Part shown: piece after piece, positions 28,958 through 39,910 of the stretch | Numbering within the stretch: position 1 is the stretch's first letter | Layout: each line of letters begins with the position of its first letter | DNA from: an uncultured Spirochaetota bacterium | GTDB lineage: Bacteria; Spirochaetota; Spirochaetia; SZUA-6; Fen-1364 | Reading direction: 5' to 3' | NCBI GenBank assembly: GCA_963845535.1 | Contig: CAWJSK010000018.1 | Span: forward strand, 119,824 to 183,823 | DNA length: 64,000 nucleotides | Position numbers and translations under genes: made by a program | The notes under the pieces: model-generated | The model's input: only the letters and a program-made list of their open reading frames with translations | The model's database searches: none | Told to the model about the DNA's origin: nothing

Positions 28958-31130
28958 GTGTTCAAGAATGTAAGAATTGGCGTCCGGCTTGTCGTCGTAG
29001 GGGCTGTCCTCATCATCGTTCCGCTGGCGCTTGTGGCGTACCTGACATCAATGAGGGCCGACGCAGCGCTTGCCGCCTCCGAGCAGGAGCAATACGCCGC
29101 CCGTTCGAGGCTTCTTGCCAAGGTGGTGGATGAAGTCTTCAAGGAAGAAATGAAGATCGCCCAGAACAGGGCGGGGGACGCGGTGATAACGGATGCGGCA
29201 GCTGCTGTTGCTGAGAAAGGGGCCGCCGCCGCGCAACCCTTGATTCAAAAGGTGACGCAGAACCTTGTTGCCTTCAGGGCGCGAGGGGACAACGCCAGTC
29301 TCTATCAGGCAGTCATCTGTACGGGATTGAACGGAGTGGTGTGGGGCGCAAGTGATCCGAAATATGTGGGCGTTTCGGTGGCTGATCGCGACTACATCAA
29401 GCAAGCGCTTGCCGGAAAGCTGAATGGCGGGACCGCCGCCCTCAACAAGGTCACCGGCAAGCCTTTTGCCGCCGTGGCAGCCCCCATTCTTCTGGGGGAC
29501 AAAGTCGTTGGCGTGTATTCGCTTATCATGGATGTGGGCTTCCTTCGAGACCTTGTTTCGAATGAGAAGATCGGTGAACGAGGTTTTGCTTTCGTGATCG
29601 ACAAAGACGGGATGATCCTTGCCCATCCCAAGCCGGATCACGTCTATGCCAAGAACTTTTCCGCCGAAGAAGGCTCAGGTCCGCTTCTTTCCCGCATGCT
29701 TGCCGGGGAAAGCGGCGTCATGGTCCTGAAGTTCGAGGGCCTGGAGACAACGGCCGGGTTCGCGCCCGTTCCCAGCGCGGGGTGGAGCGTCGGAGTTGTG
29801 GAACCGCTCGCCGACTCCCTGGCTGCGGCCACCGCGTTGACGCGGCTGATCATCAACCTCAGCGCAGCCGCCGTCCTGATTGCTTTCGTGATTTTTCTTC
29901 TTTTCTCGTTCAGCGTCACACGGCCCCTGCGAAAGGCGATGTCCTTTGCCCAGGCCGTGGCGGGCGGGGACTTCACGCAACAGCTTCTCATCCACCAGCG
30001 GGATGAGGTGGGGAAGCTCGCCGACTCCCTCAACACCATGTCGGGACGGTTGAGGGACATGGTGGCCACCATCCAGGAAAGCGCGGAGCAGGTGGCGGCA
30101 TCCAGCGAGCAGATCTCCGCCAGCTCCGTCTCTCTTGCCGAAGGAGCTCAGAGTCAGGCATCCACGCTGGAAGAGACATCCGCCTCGGTGGAGCAGCTCT
30201 CCGCCTCCGTGGACCAGGTGAGCAGCAATTCGCAGTCCCAGGCAGCGGCGGTCGAGCAGGGAGCCCGTTCCATGGCGCAGGTTCAGAAGTCCATTGACGA
30301 TATCTCGCATAGCCTGACGGAGATTTCAGGGCTTGCCGTACGCTCGGTGGAGAACGCGCAGGACGGGGGCAAGGGCCGTCACGGAAGTGGTGCAGGGGAT
30401 CTCGGCTATTGCGGAAAGCTCTGAGAAGATCGGCGGGATTGTGAGCGTGATTGCCGACATCGCCGACCAGACGAACCTCCTGGCGTTGAACGCGGCCATC
30501 GAGGCTGCGCGGGCCGGAGATCATGGCAGAGGGTTTGCGGTGGTCGCGGAAGAGGTAAGCAAGCTGGCGGATCGTTCCTCCTCCTCGACCAAGGAGATCG
30601 AGGCGCTGATCCGGGAAAGCGTGAAGAACGTGACCAAAGGGGTGGAGACAGCCAACACCTCGCAGGGAGCCATGGAGCAGATCCGCGGCGCGTCCCAGAA
30701 GGTGAAGGACATGATAGCCCTCCTGACGGTGTCCGTGCAACAGCAGGTTGGCGCCGTCAAGGAACTGACCGCCGCGCTTTCCAACGTGAATGAGATGAGC
30801 CAGAGCATCATGGCGGCAACGGAGCAGCAGAGCGCGAACGCGAAGCAGGTTGCCAAGGCCGTGGAGGGTGTGAACGAGCTGACGCAGTCCGCGGCGTCCT
30901 CAGCGGAGGAGATGTCATCCTCCACGGAGCAGCTTTCCACCATGGCGCAGGAGCTGCAGCGCATGACCGCACAGTTCAAGATAAGCGACAGGAAAGAAGC
31001 GGAGCCCGAACCGGATTTTGCGGGCGAGGTCGCACGTGGCGAAGTTGCAAACGGCAGGGTTGCAAACGGCAAGGTCGCAAACGGCAAGGTCGCAAACGGC
31101 AAGGGCATGCGTGACGCCGCGGTAGCCTGA
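28958..31130 (+). pseudogene. Methyl-accepting chemotaxis protein (dCache-HAMP-MCP) with one +1 frameshift at about 30365-30375
   Basis: GTG start after GGAGGAGG. The N-terminal part (ORF 28916-30424) and the signalling hairpin (ORF 30333-31130) join if one G is removed from gacgggggcaaggg. Confidence 0.87.
31023..31103 (+). repeat. 15-bp in-frame tandem repeat (G[EKR]VAN, about 5.4 copies) in the MCP C-terminal tail
   Basis: ggcgaggtcgcacgt/ggcgaagttgcaaac/ggcagggttgcaaac/ggcaaggtcgcaaac x2. Confidence 0.9.
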
Positions 31131-31162
31131 CGCCGCGGCACAGATTTCCCGAAGGCTTCCCT

Positions 31163-34100
31163 TCACCCGCCGCGGGAGGCCTTCCCTTGTGCGCTGCGGT
31201 CCTTGAGGAACCTCCCCAGGAATGCAGCGGTATGAGAGCCGGAGCGGACGCGGATCACCTGGTTCGGCGGTCCCTGGGCGACGATCTCACCTCCTTGGTC
31301 GCCGCCCTCGGGGCCCAGATCGATGATCCAGTCCGCTTCGGCAATCACGTCCAGGTTGTGTTCGATGATCACCACGGTGTTTCCGGCATCAACGAGCCTG
31401 TGCAGAACGCGCACCAGCTTCTCCACGTCCGCCATGTGAAGGCCGATGGTGGGCTCATCAAGGACATAGAGGGTGCGGCCGGTTGATGCCCCCCTGCGCG
31501 GGTCTCCGCTGGTCGGCGCCTTTGCCAGCTCCGTGACGAGCTTGATCCTCTGCGCTTCTCCGCCGCTCAAAGACGGGCTCTGCTGCCCGAGGGAAAGGTA
31601 GCCAAGGCCCACCTGCTGGAGCAGCTCAAGGGCGCGGCGAATGCCCGTGTGAAAGCTGAAGAATGGCACTGCCTCGTCCACGCTCATGCCGAGGATTTCC
31701 CCAACGCTTCTGCCGCGGAACTTCACGGCCAGCGTCTCCGGGTTGAACCGGGCGCCCGAGCACGCGTCGCAGGGAACGGTGACGTCAGGCAGGAAGCTCA
31801 TCTCGATCTTCTTCATGCCCTGGCCTTCGCACTCGTCGCAGCGGCCGCCGGCGACGTTGAAGGAGAAGCGGCTGGCGGTGTAGCCGCGCATGCGGGCCTC
31901 GCTGGATGCGGCGAAAAGCCGCCTGATGTCGTCCCAGATCCCGACGTACGTCGCCGGGCAGGAGCGCGGGGTCTTGCCGATGGGGGTCTGGTCAACCTCC
32001 AGGGCGCGCGCCACCGCGTCCCATCCTTCGACGGCCGCGCAGCCGTGAAGCGCCGCCTTCCCGGAAGCCCCGCGCTTTCGGACGGTTGCCAGGAGGTGAT
32101 GCAGGTTGCCGTAGAGGACCTCGCGCACGAGAGTGCTTTTCCCGCTCCCGCTCACTCCCGTCACGCACACCAGGCGCTCGAGCGGGATTTCCACGTCGAG
32201 GTCCTTCAGGTTATGCAGGTTTGCTCCCCTGATCCTGATGGCGGCGCCGTCAGCGCGTGTCGCCCGGCCGCCCGTCCAGGGATGCGGCGGCGGATCCCTG
32301 AGGTATTTGCCCGTGAGCGAGGCGCTGCTTCGCGTGATGGCCGCAAGGCTGCCCTGCGCCACGAGGTAGCCGCCGGCGGCGCCGCCGCCGGGACCGAGGT
32401 CCACCACGTGCTCCGCCCGTCGGATTGTCTCCTCGTCATGCTCCACCACGACCACCGTGTTGCCCTTCAGCCGAAGGGCATGGAGGGTGTCCAGGAGGAT
32501 GTCGTTGTCGCGCGCATGGAGCCCGATTGTCGGCTCATCGAGGATGTAGCAGACCCCGCGGAGGTTCGATCCGAGCTGGGACGCAAGCCTGATGCGCTGC
32601 GCCTCTCCGCCGCTCAGCGTGGGCGCCGAGCGGTCCAGGGAGAGATAGGACAGCCCCACTTTCTGGAGGAACTCCAGGCGGGAGAGCATCTCACCCACGA
32701 TGTCACGGGCAATTTCCTTTTCCCGCCCGGCAAGGCGGAGGGCCTTCATTTCACGCTCCATCTCCTGGACGGGCAGGCGGGCGTAGTCCGCTATGTTCCT
32801 GTCGCGGAAGCGCACGGCGAGCGCCTCGGGCCGGAGCCTCATGCCGTTGCATGCCGGGCATGCTTTCTCAGGGCCTCCCCACCAGTCGTTCCACCATATC
32901 TCCTCGCCGGTCTGATCAGAGTCGAAGCCGGAGAGCTGAAGCCCCGTGCCGTAGCAGGAGGGGCACCAGCCGTGCTTCGAGTTGTAGGAGAAAAGCCGCG
33001 GGTCCAGCTCCTCGAAGCTCCTCCCGCATTGGGGGCAGGCCCTGCGCGTGGAAAAAACGGTTTCGTTGATGCGGACCACGCCCTTGCCGAAGTCCAGCCC
33101 GCGCTTGAGGGATTCCCGCAGCGACCCTTCCCGCTCCGGCCGGACCGTATCTCCGCCAACGGGCAGCTCAATGGTGTGCTCGATGAAACGATCCAGGCGG
33201 GGCCATGGCACGGTTGAAAGAAGCGCGCCGTCCACACGGAGGTGCTTGAACCCTTTTGCCGCGGCCCAGGCCGCGAGATCCGTGTAGTAGCCCTTGCGGG
33301 CCGTGACAAGGGGCGCAAAGACCCCGATGCGTTTTCCCCGGAAATCCTTGAGGATCCGGGCAAGGATGGCCTCCATGCTCTGCGGCTCGATGGGAACGTT
33401 GCAGTCGGGGCAGTACTGGGTCCCCAGCTTCACGAACAGGAGCCGCAGGTACGGGTAGATCTCCGTGAGCGTCGCGACGGTGCTTTTCCTTCCGCCGCGG
33501 CTCGTGCGCTGCTCGATTGCCACCGTGGGAGGGACTCCGTACACTCCGTCAACGTCGGGCCGCTTCGCCGGCTGCACGAACTGGCGGGCGTATGCGTTCA
33601 GTGATTCCAGGTACCGCCGCTGGCCTTCGGCGAAGAGGATGTCGAAAGCAATAGTGCTCTTTCCGCTGCCGCTTACCCCCGTGATGACGCTCAACTTGTC
33701 CCGAGGAATGGAGAGGTCGATGTTCTTCAGGTTGTGCTCACGCGCGTGGCGGATGACGATTGCGTTGTGGCCGTTCATGGTCGCCGGGACCTCCGGCGTC
33801 TCCACTTTTCGTTTCGACTGGCCGCCCTGCCTTGCCTGCCGGCCTGCGGCGCGCAGCGCGGTCCCTGTGTGGCTCCCGGGGAACGCTGCGACCTCCCGGG
33901 GGGTGCCGGCACACACGACCCTTCCCCCTGATTCGCCGCCTTCCGGGCCCAGGTCGATGATCCAGTCCGCGGCCCCAATCACGTCGATGTTGTGCTCGAT
34001 CACCAGGACTGAATGGCCCGCGGCCACGAGCCGGCGGAAAGCGCCGAGGAGCACGGCAATGTCGTCGAAATGGAGCCCCGTTGTCGGCTCATCGAAAAGG

Positions 34101-36721
34101 AACAACGTCCCGCCGTTCTTCGCCGCGGTGGTGCGGGACAGCGCGAGGTACTCGGCGAGCTTCAGCCGCTGCGCCTCTCCGCCGCTCAGCGTGGGCACGG
34201 GCTGGCCAAGGGACACGTACCCGAGCCCAACGCCGGCGAGCGGCGCCAGCGCGGAGACGATGTCGGGGGCGCCCGCAAAGAACTGGCATGCCTCACTCAC
34301 CGTCATGTCCAGGACGTCCGCAATGGACTTCCCCGCGCTTGTCCCTTGGGCCGGCAGCCCGGGGGGCAGGAGAAGGACATCAAGGATCTCCTTGCGGTAC
34401 CTGCGGCCGTCGCAGTCGGGGCAGCGCAGGTACACGTCGCTCAGGAACTGCATCTCGATGTGCTCGAAGCCGCTGCCGCTGCACGTGGGGCAGCGTCCGT
34501 TGCCGGCGTTGAAGCTGAAGGTGCCGGCCGTGTAGTCCCGTTCACGCGCCAAAGGCTCGGCGGCAAAGAGCTTTCTGATGCCGTCGAATGCGCCCACGTG
34601 GCTGACGGGGTTCGACCGGGCCGTCCTCCCAATGGGGGACTGGTCCACCATGACCACGGAATCCACAAGCTCGTGGCCGGCGATGGCCCGGTGTCTGCCG
34701 GGTGGATCCACCGGTGCATGCTTCAACGCCCGCAAAGCGTTGTAGAACACTTCCTGGATCAACGTGGACTTTCCCGACCCGCTGACTCCCGTGACGCAGA
34801 CCAGCCGGTCCAGCGGGATGTCCACGTCGATGTCCTTGAGGTTGTGCTCCGTCGCGCCCAGGATCCGGATACGCCGGTCAGGCCGCGCCGGGCCCGTCAT
34901 TTCCGTTGTCCGGGGAGCGACTTTCTTTTTCCCGCTCAGGTACTGCGCCGTGAGGGAATCTCTGCTTCGCAGGAGCTCGGAAAGCCCCCCGGAGAAAACG
35001 ATCCTGCCCCCGCGCTCTCCGGCTCCCGGCCCCATGTCGATCACCATGTCGGCCGCCCGGATGACGTCCGGGTCGTGCTCGACCACGATGATCGTGTTGC
35101 CGCTGTCGCGGAGCCGCTGGAGCACGCCGATGAGCCGGCCAATGTCGCGCGGATGCAGCCCGATGCTGGGCTCGTCCAGGACGAAAAGAGCGTTCACCAG
35201 GGACGTCCCGAGCGCCGTGGTCAGGTTGATCCGCTGCACCTCGCCGCCGCTCAGCGTGCGGGACTGCCGGTCCAGGGTGAGGTACCCGAGCCCCACGTCC
35301 ACGAGGTAGCGAAGGCGGGTGCGGATCTCCTGAAGGAGCGTCTTGGTTGCCTCGTCCAGAGGCCCGGGGAGCTCCAGCGCGTCGAAGAAGGCCAGGCACT
35401 CGTCGATGGGCAGGAGCATCACGTCATGGATTGAGAGCTTCTGTTCCCCGACTTTCCAGAGGAGAGCTTCCGGCTTCAAGCGGGCGCCGCCGCATGACGG
35501 ACACGGTTGGTAGGCGCGGTAGCGTGAGAGGAGAACCCGGATGTGCATACGATAGCTCTTGGACTCCAGCCATCCGAAGAAGCGCTTTGCTCCGTACCAC
35601 ACGCCGTCGTCCCAATCCCCCTCCCCGTCGATGACCCACGTACGTTGAGCCTCGGAGAGCTTGCGCCAGGGAACGTCGAGAGGCACGCCCTTCCTGCGCG
35701 CGAACTTCAACAGGTCGGCCTTGACCTCCTTGAAGCTCTCCGTCTCCCACGGCTTCACCGCGCCGCGGGCCAGGCTTTTCGAGTCATCCGGCACCACGAG
35801 ACCCCAGTCGATCCCGATCGTGCGGCCGAAACCCCGACAGGTCTCGCAGGCGCCAATGGGCGAGTTGAAGGAGAAGAGGTTGGGCACGGGATCACGGTAG
35901 TGGATGTCGCAGTGCGCGCAGTGAAGGTCCGATGAAAAGCGCATCTGATCGCTTTCCGCATCCTTCTCCAGCTGGTACGCGCTGAGGCGGCCCTGTCCGT
36001 ACTTCAACGCTGCTTCCAGGTCCTCGATGAGCCGCGGCCTGTTCTCCGCGCTGTTGGTGATCCTGTCCTGGATCACTTCAAGGACGCTGCCTTCCCTGCT
36101 GTGGATGCGCGTGTATCCCTGTTTGCCCAGGAGGTCCAGCACCTCTTCCTCCGTGAAGTTGTCAGGCACGCGAACGGGGAACGTGAGGATCAGGCGCTGG
36201 CCTTCGGGAAGCTGGTCGGCAATCGTCTCCGAAGTGTCGCGGCGCACCTCGCGGCCGCAGTTTCCACAGAACAGGCGTGACGCCCGGGCAAAGAGCAGCT
36301 TCAGATGATCGTTCAGCTCGGTCATGGTGCCGACCGTGGATCGCGACGTGCGCACCGGGTTCGTCTGGTCAATGGCGATGGCGGGCGGGATGCCTTCAAT
36401 GCGGTCCACGCGCGGCTTGTCCATGCGGTCCAGGAACTGCCGCGTATAGGACGAGAAGGTTTCCACGTATCTGCGCTGGCCTTCGGAATAGATCGTATCG
36501 AAAGCGAGGGAGGACTTGCCGGACCCGCTCACGCCGGTGACCACGATGAGCTTGCGCAGCGGGATCTTCAGGGAGAGGTTTTTCAGGTTGTTCTGCTTTG
36601 CCCCTTCTATGAGGATGAACTCTCCCGCGCCGGACGGCGCTCTTCTTGCAGAGCTTTTTTTCGCGCTTTGCTTTTTGCTTTTCTTTGCGGTGGTCGGATC
36701 GCTTCGGGCCGTGGTGCTCAT
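31163..36721 (-). CDS. uvrA: Tandem-fused (double-length) excinuclease ABC subunit A
   Basis: Four GVSGSGKS Walker A motifs, four LSGGE-x-QR signatures and UvrA Zn fingers; about 1850 aa. Start is 36721 or 36763. Confidence 0.93.
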   Translation of the reverse strand: MSTTARSDPTTAKKSKKQSAKKSSARRAPSGAGEFILIEGAKQNNLKNLSLKIPLRKLIVVTGVSGSGKSSLAFDTIYSEGQRRYVETFSSYTRQFLDRMDKPRVDRIEGIPPAIAIDQTNPVRTSRSTVGTMTELNDHLKLLFARASRLFCGNCGREVRRDTSETIADQLPEGQRLILTFPVRVPDNFTEEEVLDLLGKQGYTRIHSREGSVLEVIQDRITNSAENRPRLIEDLEAALKYGQGRLSAYQLEKDAESDQMRFSSDLHCAHCDIHYRDPVPNLFSFNSPIGACETCRGFGRTIGIDWGLVVPDDSKSLARGAVKPWETESFKEVKADLLKFARRKGVPLDVPWRKLSEAQRTWVIDGEGDWDDGVWYGAKRFFGWLESKSYRMHIRVLLSRYRAYQPCPSCGGARLKPEALLWKVGEQKLSIHDVMLLPIDECLAFFDALELPGPLDEATKTLLQEIRTRLRYLVDVGLGYLTLDRQSRTLSGGEVQRINLTTALGTSLVNALFVLDEPSIGLHPRDIGRLIGVLQRLRDSGNTIIVVEHDPDVIRAADMVIDMGPGAGERGGRIVFSGGLSELLRSRDSLTAQYLSGKKKVAPRTTEMTGPARPDRRIRILGATEHNLKDIDVDIPLDRLVCVTGVSGSGKSTLIQEVFYNALRALKHAPVDPPGRHRAIAGHELVDSVVMVDQSPIGRTARSNPVSHVGAFDGIRKLFAAEPLARERDYTAGTFSFNAGNGRCPTCSGSGFEHIEMQFLSDVYLRCPDCDGRRYRKEILDVLLLPPGLPAQGTSAGKSIADVLDMTVSEACQFFAGAPDIVSALAPLAGVGLGYVSLGQPVPTLSGGEAQRLKLAEYLALSRTTAAKNGGTLFLFDEPTTGLHFDDIAVLLGAFRRLVAAGHSVLVIEHNIDVIGAADWIIDLGPEGGESGGRVVCAGTPREVAAFPGSHTGTALRAAGRQARQGGQSKRKVETPEVPATMNGHNAIVIRHAREHNLKNIDLSIPRDKLSVITGVSGSGKSTIAFDILFAEGQRRYLESLNAYARQFVQPAKRPDVDGVYGVPPTVAIEQRTSRGGRKSTVATLTEIYPYLRLLFVKLGTQYCPDCNVPIEPQSMEAILARILKDFRGKRIGVFAPLVTARKGYYTDLAAWAAAKGFKHLRVDGALLSTVPWPRLDRFIEHTIELPVGGDTVRPEREGSLRESLKRGLDFGKGVVRINETVFSTRRACPQCGRSFEELDPRLFSYNSKHGWCPSCYGTGLQLSGFDSDQTGEEIWWNDWWGGPEKACPACNGMRLRPEALAVRFRDRNIADYARLPVQEMEREMKALRLAGREKEIARDIVGEMLSRLEFLQKVGLSYLSLDRSAPTLSGGEAQRIRLASQLGSNLRGVCYILDEPTIGLHARDNDILLDTLHALRLKGNTVVVVEHDEETIRRAEHVVDLGPGGGAAGGYLVAQGSLAAITRSSASLTGKYLRDPPPHPWTGGRATRADGAAIRIRGANLHNLKDLDVEIPLERLVCVTGVSGSGKSTLVREVLYGNLHHLLATVRKRGASGKAALHGCAAVEGWDAVARALEVDQTPIGKTPRSCPATYVGIWDDIRRLFAASSEARMRGYTASRFSFNVAGGRCDECEGQGMKKIEMSFLPDVTVPCDACSGARFNPETLAVKFRGRSVGEILGMSVDEAVPFFSFHTGIRRALELLQQVGLGYLSLGQQSPSLSGGEAQRIKLVTELAKAPTSGDPRRGASTGRTLYVLDEPTIGLHMADVEKLVRVLHRLVDAGNTVVIIEHNLDVIAEADWIIDLGPEGGDQGGEIVAQGPPNQVIRVRSGSHTAAFLGRFLKDRSAQGKASRGG

Positions 36722-36797
36722 TGGCAGAACGGAGATTATTCTCACAAGGGCATGGTTGTTCAAGAGGTCCCCGGGCCTCCAGCCATCCCAGACTAGA

Positions 36798-36817
36798 CCA
36801 ATTTGTGCTAAAATTGG
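36798..36817. promoter_or_regulatory. Inverted repeat CCAATTT-N6-AAATTGG in the AT-rich uvrA/pdxR divergent region; candidate PdxR operator
   Basis: Perfect 7-bp arms, with several additional (A)TGG boxes through 36860. Confidence 0.4.
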
Positions 36818-36903
36818 CTAAATAATGGCATGGATGGTATATTATTTACAAGAAATGGACCTTTCATAATCCAGCGCAAAATACGAATCTTGGAGGCAGG
36901 ACC

Positions 36904-38382
36904 ATGATCGTAGACGTCGACAGAAACGACTCCACTCCGCTGTACGTCCAGATCAAGGACAGGCTGGCTGAGCTGATCCAGAACGGCTTGCTCGTCCCCG
37001 GCGCCCGGCTTCCGTCCACGCGTGAGCTGGCGAGCTCCATGGGCGTGAACCGCAACACGGTGATCACCGCCTACCAGGAATTGGAGGTGGAGGGCCTCGT
37101 CTCTTCTCACGTAGGGAGGGGCACCGCGGTGCGCGAGCACCTGCCAGCAAGCGCCGCGGGAGCGCGGCAACAGCATGCGGAACGCTTGCGCGTGGAGGCG
37201 CTGCTCTCTGCCACGTGGCGAAGCACGTATCCGCAGCTTCCGGCGGGAACTGAGCAGCTCCTGGAACCGCCGCAGGAGGCGGGCACTATTTCGTTTGCCT
37301 CCCATGATCCCGAGCTTTCTCTCTTTCCCGTGGATGACTTTGCCGGCTGTATTCAGTCCGCCATGAGGAACTACGGGGCGGACCTGCTGGCGGCCGGACC
37401 GGCCCGCGGGTTCGCCCCGCTGATCGAGTACCTGCCGGGCTTCCTCGCGCGCCGCGGGATTCAATGTACGCCCCGGGAAGTCATGATCGTCAACGGGATC
37501 CAGCAGGCGTTGAGCATCGTCGGGAGGCTATTTGTGGATCCCGGGGACACCGTCCTCCTGGAGAACCTGAGCTACCCCGGGGCGCTCGGAGTCTTTCGGT
37601 CCCTCCAGGCGAGCTGCGTGGGGATTCCCCTGGATGATGACGGCATCAGGGTGGACCTCGTGGAAAGCGTGCTTGCCCGCAGGAACGCGAAGCTCATCTA
37701 CACCATCCCTACCTACCACAACCCCACCGGCGCGGTCCTCTCCCCTGAGAGGCGCGAGCGCCTCCTTGCCGTGGCGCGCGAACGCCAGGTGGTGATTGTG
37801 GAGGATGACTACGTGCATGACCTCCCCTTCGACGGACGAGAGGTCCTGCCGCTCAAGGCTCGTGACGTTCATGACGGGGTCATTTACCTGGGGAGCTTTT
37901 CCGAGATACTGTGCCCGGGGATCCGGCTGAGCTGGATCGTGGCGCCGGCAGCCGTCATCGACCGGCTTCTCCTCATCAAGCAGTTCACGGACCTGTACTC
38001 CAACAGGATTCTCCAGGGAGCGCTTCTGGAGTTCTGCCAGAAAGGTTTCCTGGACCGGCACCTCAAGCGCAAGCAGTCGGTATATAGAAAAAGGCGCGAC
38101 CTGATGCTGGAGGCCATGAAGGCCCACTTCCCGAGCGAGGCGCGGTGGAAGAAGCCTCGGGGCGGCCTGTTCCAATGGGTCGACCTGCCCAGAGGCACGG
38201 ACGCTCTTTCGCTTCTTTTGCGGACGCGGACCCAGGGGGTCCTCTTCGCGCCGGACAGGATCTTCTCAGTGGAGGAATGGGAGAGAGCGGGGCTGCGCCT
38301 TGGGTTTGCCGGAATTGATGAAGAAAAGATCGAGAAAGGCATAAAGATTCTTGGGGACGCACTGAAGACCAAAGGAGGGTGA
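36904..38382 (+). CDS. pdxR: MocR/GabR-family regulator (GntR wHTH + aminotransferase-like domain), PdxR-like
   Basis: PLYVQI, LPSTRELA-x-x-x-GVNRNTV-x-x-AY, HNPTG and VEDDY motifs; immediately upstream of pdxS. Confidence 0.85.
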   Translation: MIVDVDRNDSTPLYVQIKDRLAELIQNGLLVPGARLPSTRELASSMGVNRNTVITAYQELEVEGLVSSHVGRGTAVREHLPASAAGARQQHAERLRVEALLSATWRSTYPQLPAGTEQLLEPPQEAGTISFASHDPELSLFPVDDFAGCIQSAMRNYGADLLAAGPARGFAPLIEYLPGFLARRGIQCTPREVMIVNGIQQALSIVGRLFVDPGDTVLLENLSYPGALGVFRSLQASCVGIPLDDDGIRVDLVESVLARRNAKLIYTIPTYHNPTGAVLSPERRERLLAVARERQVVIVEDDYVHDLPFDGREVLPLKARDVHDGVIYLGSFSEILCPGIRLSWIVAPAAVIDRLLLIKQFTDLYSNRILQGALLEFCQKGFLDRHLKRKQSVYRKRRDLMLEAMKAHFPSEARWKKPRGGLFQWVDLPRGTDALSLLLRTRTQGVLFAPDRIFSVEEWERAGLRLGFAGIDEEKIEKGIKILGDALKTKGG

Positions 38383-38385
38383 GAG

Positions 38386-39267
38386 ATGGAGAAATCAACG
38401 TTTGCGACAAAGAAGGGCCTTGCTCAGATGCTGAAGGGCGGGGTGATCATGGACGTCGTGACCGCCGACCAGGCGAAGATTGCCGAGCAGGCCGGCGCGG
38501 TTGCCGTCATGGCGCTGGAGCGCGTGCCCGCGGATATCCGTGCCGCCGGCGGCGTTGCCCGCATGAGCGACCCTGCGCTCATTGAGCAGATCATGGGGGC
38601 GGTCAGCATCCCCGTGATGGCCAAGGCGCGCATCGGGCATTTCGTGGAGGCGCAGATCCTGGAAGCCATGGGCGTGGACTACGTGGATGAGAGCGAGGTC
38701 CTCACCCCGGCCGATGAGGCCCACCACATCGACAAGCATTCATTCAAGATCCCGTTCGTCTGCGGGGCGCGCGACCTTGGCGAAGCGCTCAGAAGGATCG
38801 GGGAAGGGGCGGCGATGATCCGAACCAAGGGGGAGGCCGGCACGGGCAACGTCGTGGAAGCCGTGCGCCACATGCGCACCGTGATGGACGAAGTGCGCAG
38901 GCTGCGCTCCATGGACAAGACGGAGCTGATGGCGGAGGCGAAGAACCTCGGAGCTCCCTATGACCTCGTGGTCGAAGTGGCCGAAACGGGAAGGCTACCC
39001 GTGGTCAACTTCGCGGCCGGCGGAATTGCCACGCCCGCTGACGCGGCGCTCATGATGCAGCTCGGAGCGGAAGGGAACTTTGTTGGTTCGGGAATCTTCA
39101 AGTCCGAGGACCCCGAACGGATGGCCCGGGCCATCGTTGAGGCAACCACACACTACCAGGACCCCGCTGTGATCGTCCGTGTGTCCAAGGGGCTCGGAGC
39201 GCCCATGCGCGGCCTTGAAGTGGCGGGCATGGTAAACGGACAGCGCCTGGCCACGCGCGGATGGTAG
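38386..39267 (+). CDS. pdxS: Pyridoxal 5'-phosphate synthase lyase subunit
   Basis: [45 protein letters not shown] and a C-terminal RGW. Confidence 0.98.
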   Translation: MEKSTFATKKGLAQMLKGGVIMDVVTADQAKIAEQAGAVAVMALERVPADIRAAGGVARMSDPALIEQIMGAVSIPVMAKARIGHFVEAQILEAMGVDYVDESEVLTPADEAHHIDKHSFKIPFVCGARDLGEALRRIGEGAAMIRTKGEAGTGNVVEAVRHMRTVMDEVRRLRSMDKTELMAEAKNLGAPYDLVVEVAETGRLPVVNFAAGGIATPADAALMMQLGAEGNFVGSGIFKSEDPERMARAIVEATTHYQDPAVIVRVSKGLGAPMRGLEVAGMVNGQRLATRGW

Positions 39268-39282
39268 ATCGGGGACGGTAGA

Positions 39283-39876
39283 ATGGCGGAACGCATGAAG
39301 GTCGGAGTGCTTGCTCTTCAGGGCTCGTTTGCCGAGCACGCGGAAGCCCTGCGCGCCGTGGGGGCCGCCCCCGTCCTGGTGCGGCTGCCGGCGCACATGG
39401 AGGGCATTGGCGGCCTGATCATCCCTGGGGGGGAGAGCACCACCATTGGGAAGCTCCTGGTAAACTCCGGTCTGCTCGAGCCGCTTCGTTCTGCCGTAAA
39501 GAAAGGCATGCCGGTGTACGGGACGTGCGCCGGCATGATCCTCCTGGCCAGAGACATCGGCGGGCTCGACCAGCCCCTGATTGGCGCCATGGACATCACC
39601 GTGAAAAGGAATGCTTTTGGACGGCAGCTTGACAGCTTCGAGGAAAGCTTGAGCGTGCCGTCCCTTGGTCCCGCGCCGTTTCGCGGGGTGTTCATCCGGG
39701 CGCCTCTCATCGAAAAGACGGGCGCCGGCGTCACCGTGCTGGCAAAGCTCTCCGACGGCCGGGTTGTTGCGGCCCGGCAGGGCAAACTGCTGGCCACCGC
39801 GTTTCATCCCGAGCTGACGGATGACGTCAGGATCCATCGGTATTTCCTGGAGATGATCGACGGGCGGGCCGCATAG
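39283..39876 (+). CDS. pdxT: Pyridoxal 5'-phosphate synthase glutaminase subunit
   Basis: GVLALQG, PGGEST, GTCAG, RNAFGRQ, FIRAP and FHPE motifs. Confidence 0.98.
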   Translation: MAERMKVGVLALQGSFAEHAEALRAVGAAPVLVRLPAHMEGIGGLIIPGGESTTIGKLLVNSGLLEPLRSAVKKGMPVYGTCAGMILLARDIGGLDQPLIGAMDITVKRNAFGRQLDSFEESLSVPSLGPAPFRGVFIRAPLIEKTGAGVTVLAKLSDGRVVAARQGKLLATAFHPELTDDVRIHRYFLEMIDGRAA

Positions 39877-39910
39877 AGAAAGGCGGGCCGAGCCGCGGGA
39901 AAAGGCCGCG

